A DNA stretch of 63,352 nucleotides, filler included, from Octopus bimaculoides (Eukaryota), in the NCBI RefSeq assembly GCF_001194135.2. It is 7 parts of 6 records of this genome, joined end to end, with 100 filler letters (N's around TTAATTAATTAA, not from the genome) between each part and the next. Parts side by side here need not be neighbours in the genome. Positions count along the whole stretch, not along the records: positions 34,369 to 59,602 come from NC_068982.1; positions 59,703 to 63,352 come from NC_069002.1; 5 more parts are not named here. One strand, given 5' to 3'. Every line of letters begins with the position of its first letter. The first letter of the stretch is position 1. Below the pieces are notes generated by a model that worked only from the letters and a program-made list of their open reading frames with translations, made no database searches and had not been told where the DNA came from. Made by a program: the position numbers and the translations under genes. Below, in pieces: positions 51,146-63,352 of this stretch.

Positions 51146-51587
51146 AAGGTGGCGAGCTGCAGAAACGTTAGTACGCCGGGCGAAATGCTTAGCGGTATTT
51201 CGTCTGCCGCTACGTTCTGAGTTCAAATTCCGCCGAGGTTGACTTTGCCTTTCATCCTTTCAAGATCGATTAAATAAGGACCAGTTACGCACTGGGGTCG
51301 ATATAATCAACTTAATCCCTTTGTCTGTCCTTGTTTGTCCCCTCTATGATTATCCCCTTGTGGGCAGTAAAGAAATAAAAAAAACGTTAGCACGCTGTAC
51401 GAAATGCTTAGTGGCATTTCGCCCGTCCCTACGTTCTGAGTTCAAATTTCACCGAGGTCGACTTTGCCTTTCATCCTTTCGGGGTCGATAAATTGATTGA
51501 GTACCAGTGAAATACTGGGGTCGATGTAATCGACTATTTCCCTTCCCTCAAATTTCAGGCCTTGTGCCTATTGTAGAAAGGATTATT
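51146..51587 (+). mobile_element. Second head-to-tail SINE family D dimer with 10-bp TSD-like repeat
   Basis: ATTATTACAT at 51130-51139 and 51582-51591; junction aaagaaataa..aaacgttagcac as at 16.8 kb. Confidence 0.85.
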
Positions 51588-51685
51588 ACATTGGTCAGCA
51601 ATGATCGAAAAGACATAAAATCAAAATCATTTTAGCCATGACGAATCTGTACGTTGTTCTATATTAAAGAGATGACGAATTATGT

Positions 51686-51857
51686 ACATTATTTACATCA
51701 TATGCATTATTTACATTTGCCGTATATTTATCCTCATTTTGTTTGTTGTCAATACAACGTGTCGGCTGATATACCCTCCAGCTTTCATCAGGTGTCTTGG
51801 GGAAATTTCGAACCTGGGTTCTCATTCCTAAGGTATTTTTCGATGCTATTATTATCA

Positions 51858-51905
<48 letters not shown>

Positions 51906-52103
51906 TCACTGCTTGGAATCGAACTCGGAATCTTGTGGTTAGTAGCCTGCGCTCTTAACCACTACGCTATATTAGGAATGAGAATCCAGGTTCGAAATTT
52001 CCCCCAAGACTCCTGAAGAAGGCAGGAGAGTATATCAGCCGAAACGTTCTGTTAACAACAAAGATGAGGACAAATATCCGTCAAATGTAAATAATGTAAA
52101 TAA
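51686..52103 (-). mobile_element. tRNA-head + (TAA)n + hammerhead-tail element with a 5' inverted copy of its tail
   Basis: Minus-strand A box TAGCGTAGTGG (51959-51969), B box GTTCGATTCC (51915-51924), (TAA)n, then tail 51831-51686. 51972-52103 is the reverse complement of 51704-51831. CTGATGA at 51785-51791 (minus); CTGAAGA 52013-52019 and GAAAC 52041-52045 (plus). Confidence 0.75.
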
Positions 52104-52465
52104 TATAATATGTATGTTATCCAACGGTTGCCCCTATGACGACGTTACACACTGCAGTCTACATTGTAAAAGACAGTTATATGTGATCAGAGAAGGATTA
52201 GATTCTTATTTCTGGCAAGCAGAGAAGCCACGTAGGAGCTCGTTCGTATTTAATGGGTAATGTTTGCAGGTTACTAACGTTATCTAAAGAGAACAATCTA
52301 TCAGAATGCACTTGAGAAGTAGTAAATAATAACTATCATAATAAATTATAGATGATGTACATATAAACATATAATGATGGAACACATACGCAAACACATA
52401 CTCACATTGTCACACCCACACACACGCATACATGCACACACATACACACATACACACACGCACAA

Positions 52466-52595
52466 TCCTTTCTGTTGAAGGGCGTAGGCTCGAAACGCAA
52501 AAGACAATTCCATTCCTCTCTAGCGTTAAACTAATACACCTGCCTGCTTCTTCTTTCACCTGTCTTCGCCTTTCCTTTTGTTTCCTGTAAATTTG

Positions 52596-52600
<5 letters not shown>
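52466..52600 (+). mobile_element. Penelope-like terminal-repeat remnant with hammerhead-like motif (copy 2)
   Basis: tcctttctgttgaagggcgtaggctcgaaacgcaaaagac, homologous to 22581-22710. Confidence 0.6.
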
Positions 52601-52638
<38 letters not shown>

Positions 52639-52853
52639 NNNNNNNNNNNNNNNNNNNNNNNNNNNNNNNNNNNNNNNNNNNNNNNNNNNNNNNNNNNNNN
52701 NNNNNNNNNNNNNNNNNNNNNNNNNNNNNNNNNNNNNNNNNNNNNNNNNNNNNNNNNNNNNNNNNNNNNNNNNNNNNNNNNNNNNNNNNNNNNNNNNNNN
52801 NNNNNNNNNNNNNNNNNNNNNNNNNNNNNNNNNNNNNNNNNNNNNNNNNNNNN

Positions 52854-52909
<56 letters not shown>

Positions 52910-54230
52910 CATACACAAACACACATATTTACACATATATTTGTGCGTAAGTGTATACGCGTATCTGTTTGTACACATATATTTCTATCTACACTTTTGC
53001 TGATATGATGTGCTCCTTTATCGGGTTGACGGTTTTCGGGGTAATCCTATTATTTAGCTAAGAAGACTTGCATATAAAGTGAACACATGAGATACTGTCT
53101 GTGCAGAGATAACGTTTGTTTCTAACAAGAAAACCGGGTGGTAAGAAGATTTGGTCTCTTTTACAAGTCCACAAAATCCAAGTCTGTTTCGTTTCAAACT
53201 CTCAAAAAATTTAGAATTTACTCTAGAAGTTCTTATCACGTTTCAGTATATGATTATCATTTTAGCATTGATACGACTGCAGTGTTCATCCAAACGGTAG
53301 GTTTCTTCGGTTTGCAATGAAGTTTTACTATATTTAACCGCATCCCAAAGGCCACGTTTCTCGACACGATTGTGCTGGCAGAATATGAACATAGAACGTA
53401 AAAACCTGACCAAGCGAACAATACCTCACATGTGATGCTGAAATGATTCTTGCAATTCGCTGCACTGAAATATTTCTTTGTTTCTCAACACAGAAATAAT
53501 GAATAATAAAACTGACCTTAATCGGAATCGAGCTCATATCGCGGAAAGGCCGAACAAATAACGCATGGAGTTTTAGCCAACATTCTAACGATTTCTATTT
53601 CGTAGTATGATTATAGATAGTAAAGAAAATGCTCTAATAATTTCTAATGTTTCTCTCTTGCTTCGAAATGTACTGACTCCCTCAGCAAAAGAGTGCAAGA
53701 CTTTTGGTTCACTAGCACGTTTCTTATTTTTATTTTCTACCTAGTATGAAACTACTACCAAAGTATTAGTCACCCACCCACGTCTTCGGTGTATCCCACT
53801 AAAGACAATTTTCAAAATCATTCATTGCTAGATTGATATATTTATCAATTCCATTCTCACCTGCAATTTCCTTGCAGGCATGGGTGTAATGATCAAAGTG
53901 AATATCAAACGTTTATATATCTTACTAACCAATCTACAAAGCAGCAAAACTGAGCATTATGACGAAGTGAAAAAATACAGCCTAAGTAGAGACACCAACA
54001 CAAACACACGCTTACACACGAACATATATATTATGTATGTACGCATCGGTATCTATGTATGTATGTATATGCATAGGTACATACGTGCGCACACGCGCTC
54101 GCAACCACACACACACACACACACATATACACACAAACGTATTTCTTAACTTTCAGTCAATTAAAAACATTAAAAAGGTATAGAAATATTCAGGCATTGG
54201 GTTCTCTTTCTCCTGATTGTTCACTGAAAC

Positions 54231-54244
54231 CCCTCTCTCTCTCA

Positions 54245-54322
<78 letters not shown>

Positions 54323-54390
54323 CTCTCTCTATCTATCTCTCAATCTCCCCCTCTCTCTTTCTCTCTCTCTCTCTATCTATCTCTGTCTCT
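54231..54390. repeat. (CT)n microsatellite
   Basis: Direct observation. Other (CT)/(GA) runs at 30445-30492, 47560-47690 and 60879-60927. Confidence 0.95.
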
Positions 54391-54654
54391 CTTTATATAT
54401 ATAATGACGGTTGTGTGTGTGTGTACACATACATGTATATGTGTAACTGTGTGTGTGTGTGTACACATACATGTATATGTGTAACTGTGTGTGTGTGTGT
54501 AGTTCTGTATATGAAAGGAACAAAAATAACAAAAATAATGATGACGATGACAATGAGAAGTAGGAGGAAAATTAGAATGGTAAGTATGGAGGTTGTGGTG
54601 GTGGTGGTGGTGGTGGTGGTGGTGGTGGCTTCGGTAATAATTATTTTTCATTTT

Positions 54655-54850
54655 AGTACAAGGTCAGCAATTGTGAGCGATGGTTAAATCTGTTACATCG
54701 AACCCAGTACATGACGGGTACTTTATTTTATCAATTCCCAAATAATAAAAAGTAAACTTGACGTCGTGCGGATTTGAACTCAGAAAATAAATGTCTAAAG
54801 AAAGTATGTAAAACATTTTGCAGATACTCTAAAGATAGTGCCAGATCGCT
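54655..54850 (-). mobile_element. Highly decayed SINE family D-like copy
   Basis: atcgaacccagtac...ggtactttattttatc...ggatttgaactcagaa...tgccagatcgc. Confidence 0.5.
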
Positions 54851-55019
54851 ACACTCAATGGCTTCGGATTTAGGTACAAGGTCAGCAGTTTCGAAGCGGA
54901 CAAGACGTCAGAAAAGAATAGACCGAACATGAAAATTATAGATAAGGGAAAGCGAAGTTGCTTACTAACCGACCCATCATGCTCATTTGATTCCAGAATT
55001 GTAAAGAAAGCGGATGAAA

Positions 55020-55338
55020 ATCAAAAAGAATACAACCCGTTAAAATTTGTAATATGAAGAATTTAGAGCATGAGAACAGTAAAAGTCGTGCCTATAATGA
55101 CTGGTCCATTGAGAACAATAAGCAAAGACATAGACAAATGGCTGAAGAAGATTGAAATACAATGCCCGGTAGAGTTCCTACAGAAAGTTTGTCTCTTAGG
55201 GACAGCGAGGATTATCATGAGTGTTCTAAATACTTGAAAGATTATTGATAACTTGTGGATACTTAAGGTTACGGATAGTATTCTGCTACCCACCTAAATC
55301 CTAGCAGGAATAAGATAGATCCCGAGCCAAACCAAAAT
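55020..55338 (+). mobile_element. 3' end of another R4/Dong-type element
   Basis: VVPIMTGPLRTISKDIDKWLKKIEIQCPVEFLQKVCLLGTARIIMSVLNT*, then 3' UTR and a trinucleotide array. Confidence 0.8.
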
Positions 55339-55356
55339 AATGACGGCAACAACAAC

Positions 55357-55497
<141 letters not shown>

Positions 55498-55529
55498 TGT
55501 AGTAGTAACAATAACAATCTAGCTACTGA

Positions 55530-55703
55530 AATGAAAAGACCGCTTTGCCATAAGGCCGATGCTGTAGGAGGCTGAAGAAAGTGAGTTAAAAATGTCCTCT
55601 CCCTCTTTTCTTTTTTCATTTATCTTCTCAAAATATTACTATCTCACCACTGTAATGAAAAGACCGCTTTGCCATGAGGCCGATGCGACTATCCTCTCAC
55701 CAC
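55530..55703. repeat. Imperfect direct repeat upstream of the retrotransposon
   Basis: AATGAAAAGACCGCTTTGCCAT.AGGCCGATGC at 55530-55562 and 55654-55686. Confidence 0.85.
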
Positions 55704-58700
55704 TTCTTCCACGCATTTAAACTGGGAGCGAGGATTTTTTCTTTTTTTTTGTCTATTCGGTCGGGACGTCAGCAACTAAACGGTCAACCCCGCAGAGCTT
55801 GCTCTGTGAGGAGAGTGTACGTTTCTTGCTATTTTGACACACTACAGGATGAAAAATAAGGCCTGTATAAAGATAAATGAACTCATACGAGGCAACGACC
55901 ACCAAAATAGCATATACCTATGAGGCAGAAGCAATTATAACGCTTGAACATCCCCTCTAGGAGACGGAAACTCCAAAAATTATAGCAGGATTACAGGAAT
56001 CCTATATCCTAGGTTAAAGATCCTGTCAGTGATGGTGTCACGGGGAAACAAATACTGGTGGTTGTGCAACCTAAAATTCACTAACCCTCAATATGAATGC
56101 TGAAATGTCAAATGAAAACAGAAATGGGAATGTCTTGTGAAGGTCTCTCGCCCGGCGGATACCCCACGAATGAGCAGCGTGGTCCGAGGCGTCATCAAGC
56201 AGCTGCTAAAAGAAGGTGGACGAAAGAAATGAATATCCCCGCTGGGGTATATAGGAAAATAATGCACAGGGCATGGAGCAACAGAAATCTATTTCAGCTA
56301 AGTGAACAAAACCTGTGTGACCAAGCTAGAGCCATCAGAAACAATGAATGGTTGTCTCCGGTTGAACTGGAAAGTATTAAGAAACGATAGGGATAGTATG
56401 ACCAGTGGTGAACTGAAGGATGAGGAAGAGAATGCAGATAGAGAAACTAAGGCAGGAGAGTTAAAGGAAGAAAACGAGCATGAGGCTGAGATTATTGATT
56501 AGGAAGCGATGAGAGAATCGAGGAATAGATATCCATTTTAAATGAAATCATTGATATTTGGACCTCTGGTGAACAGCGCCTTCATACGAAGTTTAAAAAG
56601 GTAGACAGAAAGAAACTCAATGAATGGGTCAGGAAGATAAATGATATCACTGGTTACATTGGAACTGACAACATTACAGACACCAACAATCTGATAAATG
56701 CAATCTCGATCTTTATAGCCCGGAAGTTAGGTTTGAAAGCCAAAGGTAAATATCAGCATAACCTGAAGGAATCATAGTGGGAAAGGAGAATAACACAGTC
56801 TATTAACGAGTCCAGAAAGCATATTAATATTCTGGAACGGAAAAAGAGAAATGAAGTTCAGCGAGAGAAATACGTTGAGCTAGAGAGCAAGTATAGGGTG
56901 AAGAGAAAAGGAATCACTGTTGTGATCGAGGAATTAAAACAGAGGTTGTAAGCTAAAGCACATTGACTAAAGAGATATGAACAGGGAACTGAGCAATATA
57001 GATTAAACAGACATTTCGAACAAAATCAGAAACGAGTCTATCAGGAACTGGATGGGAAAGAAAAAGGTAAAAATGCCGTTCCGGATGCTGAAGAAAGCAG
57101 CAAATGATTCTGTTCAAAGATATGATCTAAGGAGAAACAACACGAAACTGAAGCAGAGTGGTTAAAGACAATCAAAGAGGAAGGTGGAGAGTATCAGCAG
57201 GAAAATTTGAGAAGAACCGAGATGATTAGAGAACAATGCAGGAGAATTCCTAACTGGAAAGTGCTTGGCCCAGATGGGGTTCAGGGCTTTTGGTTCAAAA
57301 ACTTGACTGCTCTGCGCAGGAGAATTGCTAGACGGACGAAATACTGCGTAGTGACATCCAAGTAACGGCCTGGATGGCAAAAAGAAGAACGGTATTATGA
57401 CAGAAGAACCCAAGTAAAGGGAATGCGATTGCAAATTTCCGACCAATATCTCGTTTGCCACTGATGTGGAAAGTGATGACAAGCATCATATCAAACAGCA
57501 TCTATAAGTACCTAGATGAGAACGACCTACTACCAGTGGAACAACAAGGGTGTAGACGTAAGAGCTGAAGAACGAAGGATTAATTACTAATCGATAAGAC
57601 TATCTTGGCTGATTGCAAGAAGTGACACGAAAATTTGGCGAAGGCATGGGTGGACTATAGGAAAGCATATGGCACGGTCCCACACTGGTGGATTATTGAA
57701 TGACTTAAACTGCTTTAGGTCCCCTACAATCTCCTGAAGTTAATACAAAACTCAATGACAATGGCGAAATGAACTCGTAGCATGAGAAGATAAGCTGGAA
57801 GAGGTAAATATCAAAAGAGGTATCTTTCAAGGAGACAGACTGTCGCCTCACCTATTTGTTGTCTGCATACCGCCATTAACGAGCGTTTTAAGGAAAATGC
57901 GTGTGGGGTAAATGCTAGGTAGGATGAAAGTAAACAACCTGTGGTTTATGGATGATCTAAAGCTATTCATTAAGACTAAGAAATAAATTGAGAGCTTGAC
58001 GGCAACTGTGCAGCTGATTATCAAAGATATTGGCATGAAATATGGGATCGAGAAATGTGGTATAATGATTCTCAAAAAGGGGAAAATTAGTAAAAGCCAT
58101 GGGATCAAGCTGTAAAGTGGTGAAACTATAAAGGAAGTCGGAGAGGGAGGATATAAGTATCTGGGTAACATTGAAAGAGAAAAGATGAATGAATACAAGA
58201 TGAAAGGAATGTACAGGAAAGATTATTTGCGGAGATCTCGACTTTTACTCCAATCGAAGCTAAATGGCCGCTATAACATTAGGGCAATTAACACGTAGGT
58301 TGTTGTTTTGATGAGATATGGGGTAGGAATAGCATCTTGGAACAAGCATGAATTACAAGAGATAGACCGGAGAATATATAAATTAATGATAATGAACAAG
58401 GAACTATACTCCATGGGTGATGTGTCAAGGTTATATGTAAAGAGGAAAGGAGGACGGGGATTAGTGTGTCGTGAAGGTTTTGTAAGGGAAGAGGAGAATA
58501 GCCTGGCTTCGTATGTCAAAGGGAGTAACAAAGAAATGATTGAAGCAGTGAAAATGCAGGGAACCTTATAAGTGAACGAAACCGTAGATCCAACACAATT
58601 TAAGAAAGACTAGAGAGAGAGCAGATGAAGAAAAGTTGGCAGGACAAGAAAATGCACAGTCAGTTCTTGAAGAATATAGATGAGATTGACTGGAAGAGTA

Positions 58701-59522
58701 CCTGGCAATGGCTGCATAAAGGAAACTTAAAAGGGCCCACTGATGCATTAGTGTACAGCGTTGAAGAACAAGCTCTCAGAACAAACTATTCCAAATATCA
58801 CATTCATAAAAGCACTGACTCGCCACAGTGTAGGATGTGCTCTGAGAATGGAGAAACTATAAGTCATATTGTTAGTGAGTGCTGTAAGCTCGAACAGCGC
58901 GAATACAAAAGGAGACACAACAATGTGGCCAGATATCTCCACTGGCTGTTGTATGGTAAAGCAAACCTCGAAAGAAACGAAGAATGGTATGAATATAAGC
59001 CAAAGGGAATAATGGAAAATGAATATTATAGAATACTCTGGCATTTTAATATAGAGTGCGACCAAGTCATAGAGGCGAGACTACCAGATATCGTGCTCAT
59101 CCATAAAGATGGAAAAGAAGTGAAGATAATAGGTGTTGCAATACCAGGCGATTCGAGATTGAAATGTCAGGAAACGGAAAAGATTGAGAATACCAGCCAC
59201 TGCGGGACGACATTGGAAAGTGATGGGGCATGGAGAAAATAATGATGATACCGGTGGTAATTGGAGCATTAGGAACAGTTCCCAAGGTCTTCGAAAAACA
59301 TATAAAGAAAATTGGAGCTGCCGTCAGGCTCGATGTAGTCCAGAAGACAGCATTGGTGGGTACAGCTCACATTCTAAGGAAAGTATTTACTTTTTGAATC
59401 ACAGGAGAACGTACTAGAAACCTTTGGTGATTTGTTGTTGCCTGCTTTCAAGAAAAGAATAACCTGTAATTAAAAACTATCCGAGAATCTTTCCTTATAG
59501 ACAAAATGAAAATAATAATAAC

Positions 59523-59602
<80 letters not shown>
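55700..59602 (+). mobile_element. Near full-length R4/Dong-clade non-LTR retrotransposon with (TAA)n tail
   Basis: 5' UTR with hairpin CGCAGAGC-TT-GCTCTGTG, single large disrupted ORF, 3' UTR to ~59511 followed by (AAT)n. The 5' boundary is approximate. Confidence 0.88.
56097..59397 (+). pseudogene. RT / CCHC / restriction-like endonuclease polyprotein pseudogene
   Basis: KRRWTKEMN, EQNLCDQARAIRNNEWLS, PNWK..GPDGVQGFW, NFRPIS.LP.MWK, EQQGCR, AWVDYRKAY..VPH, RGIFQGD.LSP, FMDDLKLF, CRMCSENGETISHIVSEC, RRHNNVARYLHW, RLPDIVL, GTAHILRKV. Many stops and frameshifts. Confidence 0.92.
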
Positions 59603-59702
59603 NNNNNNNNNNNNNNNNNNNNNNNNNNNNNNNNNNNNNNNNNNNNTTAATTAATTAANNNNNNNNNNNNNNNNNNNNNNNNNNNNNNNNNNNNNNNNNN
59701 NN

Positions 59703-59745
<43 letters not shown>

Positions 59746-59939
59746 CATACATATATACATACATATATATATATGCATATTTGTATATGTAAATATATAT
59801 ATATTTATATATATATATATGTATATGTATATTTATTTATATATATATATCTGTATATATATATATATATATATATGTATATGTATGTATGTAGGCATGC
59901 GTGTGTGTATGTATGCATATATTTATTGTCAATCCAGTC

Positions 59940-60876
59940 ACAAGTCAATCCAGTCACTCAAATGGGCCATTCCACTTCCGCTGCTGACTAAAATGTCCTT
60001 CTACCTATTTCTTCAAATGTTACCCCCCACTCCGGCCACCACCACCACCATTCTTCTCCTCTCCAATTCTGTTCCCCACTCTATTCCTTTTTGTCTTCTG
60101 TATATTCCTCTTTCTCTTTCTCCCAGAATCTACAGCCAACCTTTCCCCCAATCTCTTCTCACTCCCCTCTATTAACATGACCAAACCAATAATTTTATAA
60201 ACTTGACAATTTTCATTTATTTTCATTTGTTTCCCGATCCATTTCTTAGTGGTTTTCCCGTCATTCCATGTTCTTTCAATGCTTTTGTTTTCTTAAACAT
60301 GATCAACTGTTCTTAGTTTGATTTTTATATTTTTTATCTAATTCCATCTGTTTCTGCACTATAGAACATGTATGCAATGATACATTTAGTCGTAAACTCA
60401 TCTTTTAAAACTTAGATCCATTTTTATTCTTTAAACACGGAACTTGCCCTCTGAAGATTTGCTAGCCAAGGTTATTTTATTTCGTTCCCTGACTGGGCTG
60501 TAACAAGTCAGTTCCCATCGGTGTAACTTTTTACTGTTTCAAAGAATGCTTCTTTATGTTTGGAAACAAGAACTTCCAGCATCAGTTTCTTGAACAGTAT
60601 TTCGTTTGATCTCCCTTCCCTTTAATTCTTAGACTTATTGTCATGTTGTCGGTACTTAGTTGTTCTAACATAGCTTAAAGTTGGTCAAATCGACTGGCGC
60701 TAGACTTTTGTCGTCTACGAATGGGAAGAGTATCAGAAATTTGCCGTCGAGTTTAATTCTCATTTCGTTTTGTTTTCAAGGCAGCTTTGGAGACACTTCC
60801 TCTGAATAGGGTGTGAATGATTTAGGACTATATACTGCCCCTGCCTCAAATTTTTCCCGAGTGCGAGATAGCTAGC

Positions 60877-60880
<4 letters not shown>
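59940..60880 (-). mobile_element. Possible decayed LINE ORF1-like sequence
   Basis: Minus-strand fragments RTWNDGKTTKKWIGKQ and WFGHVNR suggest a degenerate CCHC knuckle. Heavily interrupted. Confidence 0.25.
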
Positions 60881-60927
<47 letters not shown>

Positions 60928-62003
60928 NNNNNNNNNNNNNNNNNNNNNNNNNNNNNNNNNNNNNNNNNNNNNNNNNNNNNNNNNNNNNNNNNNNNNNNNN
61001 NNNNNNNNNNNNNNNNNNNNNNNNNNNNNNNNNNNNNNNNNNNNNNNNNNNNNNNNNNNNNNNNNNNNNNNNNNNNNNNNNNNNNNNNNNNNNNNNNNNN
61101 NNNNNNNNNNNNNNNNNNNNNNNNNNNNNNNNNNNNNNNNNNNNNNNNNNNNNNNNNNNNNNNNNNNNNNNNNNNNNNNNNNNNNNNNNNNNNNNNNNNN
61201 NNNNNNNNNNNNNNNNNNNNNNNNNNNNNNNNNNNNNNNNNNNNNNNNNNNNNNNNNNNNNNNNNNNNNNNNNNNNNNNNNNNNNNNNNNNNNNNNNNNN
61301 NNNNNNNNNNNNNNNNNNNNNNNNNNNNNNNNNNNNNNNNNNNNNNNNNNNNNNNNNNNNNNNNNNNNNNNNNNNNNNNNNNNNNNNNNNNNNNNNNNNN
61401 NNNNNNNNNNNNNNNNNNNNNNNNNNNNNNNNNNNNNNNNNNNNNNNNNNNNNNNNNNNNNNNNNNNNNNNNNNNNNNNNNNNNNNNNNNNNNNNNNNNN
61501 NNNNNNNNAAGTTTGAAAACGCCAATATATAAAAAATGAATTTTAATTTATAATTTTGTCAGAGATATTTTTAACATGTTTCGGTTCTTGGAAAAACGAA
61601 CCTTATCAAAAATACATATTTAAAAAAATGAAATTAAATGAAAAGTTCATAATTGTTCCTTACTGGTGTCAACAGTCCACGTGGGACCATTTTTTGTTGG
61701 TTGTAGTAGTATTAGTTACCGTGGGGGTGTTTAGTTCACAGGTGATCTAAGCGACTAGGTTCGCTAGGTAAGTGCTGTAACGGATTACCAGGGCTCCAAA
61801 GTCATAGCCGTGACGGGATTTATAAAACCATTGTAGATTTCCGATATAGCGGATATATAATTCATAAAGAAGACAATAAACGTTTAGGCAAGGCAAACAT
61901 CTCAAGCCATATACGTTATTATTACTGGAAAAATTCAAAATCTTACAGCTGTTTCTTGGATATCCCACACACACGCACACACACACACACACACACACGT
62001 ACA

Positions 62004-62214
62004 CACGAAGGTTGTTGAAAAGTTCCGGGCTTTAAGGGTATCGCGAAAGGCTTGGCTGGAGGCCCAATCTTCTGAGTTCCTTTATAGGGCTCAAAAAACA
62101 AATGAAGGACCGCTGCAATAAATGAGAATGGTATATATTGGATAACCTCATAATTAACTGATACTCTTGAATTTTGTTTTAGCTAAAACCAGGAACATTT
62201 CAGCACCACTCGTA
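62004..62214. mobile_element. mariner-type MITE (~210 bp)
   Basis: Left CACGAAGGTTGTTGAAAAGTTCCGGGCTTTA versus right (rc) TACGAGTGGTGCTGAAATGTTCCTGGTTTTA. Confidence 0.7.
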
Positions 62215-62278
62215 TGTACATGTGTATGTGTGTGTGTGTGTATGTGTGTGTGTGTGCATGATGTATGTGTATATAACC

Positions 62279-62384
62279 ATGCAATCACAAGCATTTATGC
62301 ATATATATAATCACATAAATCCAAATCAGTGTGTGTGTGTGTGTGTGTCTGCGTTCGTGTGTGTGTGCGTTCATGTGTGTGTAC

Positions 62385-62426
<42 letters not shown>

Positions 62427-62546
62427 TGTGTGCGTATAATAACAATGCAAACACTCATGCATGCAATCACAAGCATTTATGCATATATATAAACACATAA
62501 ATCCAAATGAGTGTGTGTGTGTGTTCGTGTGAGTGTGTACGTGTGT

Positions 62547-62560
<14 letters not shown>
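62279..62560. repeat. Tandem duplication, 182-bp period
   Basis: ATGCAATCACAAGCATTTATGCATATATATAA.CACATAAATCCAAAT at 62279 and 62461. Confidence 0.85.
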
Positions 62561-62583
<23 letters not shown>

Positions 62584-62922
62584 TGTGTGCGTGCGTGCGT
62601 GCGTGTGTATGTAGTTATGTAGTTGTGCATCCGCTACAAATCATTGGATCTTAATTGTATTAAGGTAAGAAATTAATAGTAAAAATATTTATTAAATGTG
62701 ATTCCTCTTCTAATAACATCTTAAACCATAGAGAAACCATTTAAATAAACATTAAGCTCAATAAATGACTTCGCCATACAAAATAAATATTATGTTATGA
62801 AGTAGGAAGGCTTTCCAACACCAACACGCCATTGCTATCTTCCCCACCACTCTCTTTCTCTCTTTTTCTCTCCGTTTATCTCCTCCTCCGCTCTCTCTCT
62901 AAGTATCTGTCTATCTAATTTA

Positions 62923-62981
<59 letters not shown>

Positions 62982-63352
62982 AGTAATTCACGTTATCTAC
63001 CCATCAATCAATCTATCTGTTTATCCCCCTCTCCACCTCGGGTGGCCATTGGACGAACTGTAACTCCGACCACTTCTCTTTTCATCTCTTCTTTACAATT
63101 TCTTACAAATTAGTTTCATAAATAAACGTTATAAAAGCGTTTTCTTTTCCTTTACAATGTCTATTGTGATGGGGTCCACTTTAGAGAGAAACAGAAATAG
63201 AAGTGAAAGAGAGAGAGAGAGAGGGGGAGAGAGAGAAAGAGAGGGAGAGAGAGAGAGAGTGAGAGGGTGAGAGAGAGAATTGTACAGTTATACAGACATA
63301 TATACATATGTATATATATATAATATATAATATATATATATATATATATATA

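Overview
AT-rich, gap-riddled metazoan genomic DNA, most likely an Octopus draft scaffold (inferred from extreme di-/trinucleotide microsatellite density and recurrent octopus-type tRNA-derived SINEs). No host protein-coding gene can be called with confidence. Almost all long ORFs in the track are microsatellite or N-gap artefacts, and only a few low-confidence exon candidates exist. Recognisable content: a near full-length but disrupted R4/Dong-type non-LTR retrotransposon (RT, CCHC, restriction-like endonuclease; ~55.7-59.5 kb) plus 3' fragments of related families sitting in (TAA)n arrays; a full-length cecropia/Hsmar1-like mariner with TIRs and TA duplication (28980-30252); a deleted Tc1 transposase; piggyBac-, pogo- and mariner-type MITEs; at least five SINE families; a 31-bp minisatellite; and six artificial TTAATTAATTAA gap linkers. 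Most interesting signals: (1) about ten dispersed minimal type I hammerhead-ribozyme-like motifs from several unrelated sequence families, several in inverted (Penelope-like) arrangements, one with a fully canonical core at 9331-9376; (2) a tRNA-headed SINE-like element whose 3' tail carries a hammerhead and is duplicated in inverted orientation at its 5' end (51.7-52.1 kb), a candidate Penelope-mobilised ribozyme SINE; (3) a ~115-bp 28S rRNA fragment embedded in a SINE (50.77-50.88 kb); (4) two independent head-to-tail SINE dimers with the same junction, each inside one target-site duplication; (5) a strongly CpG-depleted contig (27.9-34.0 kb).
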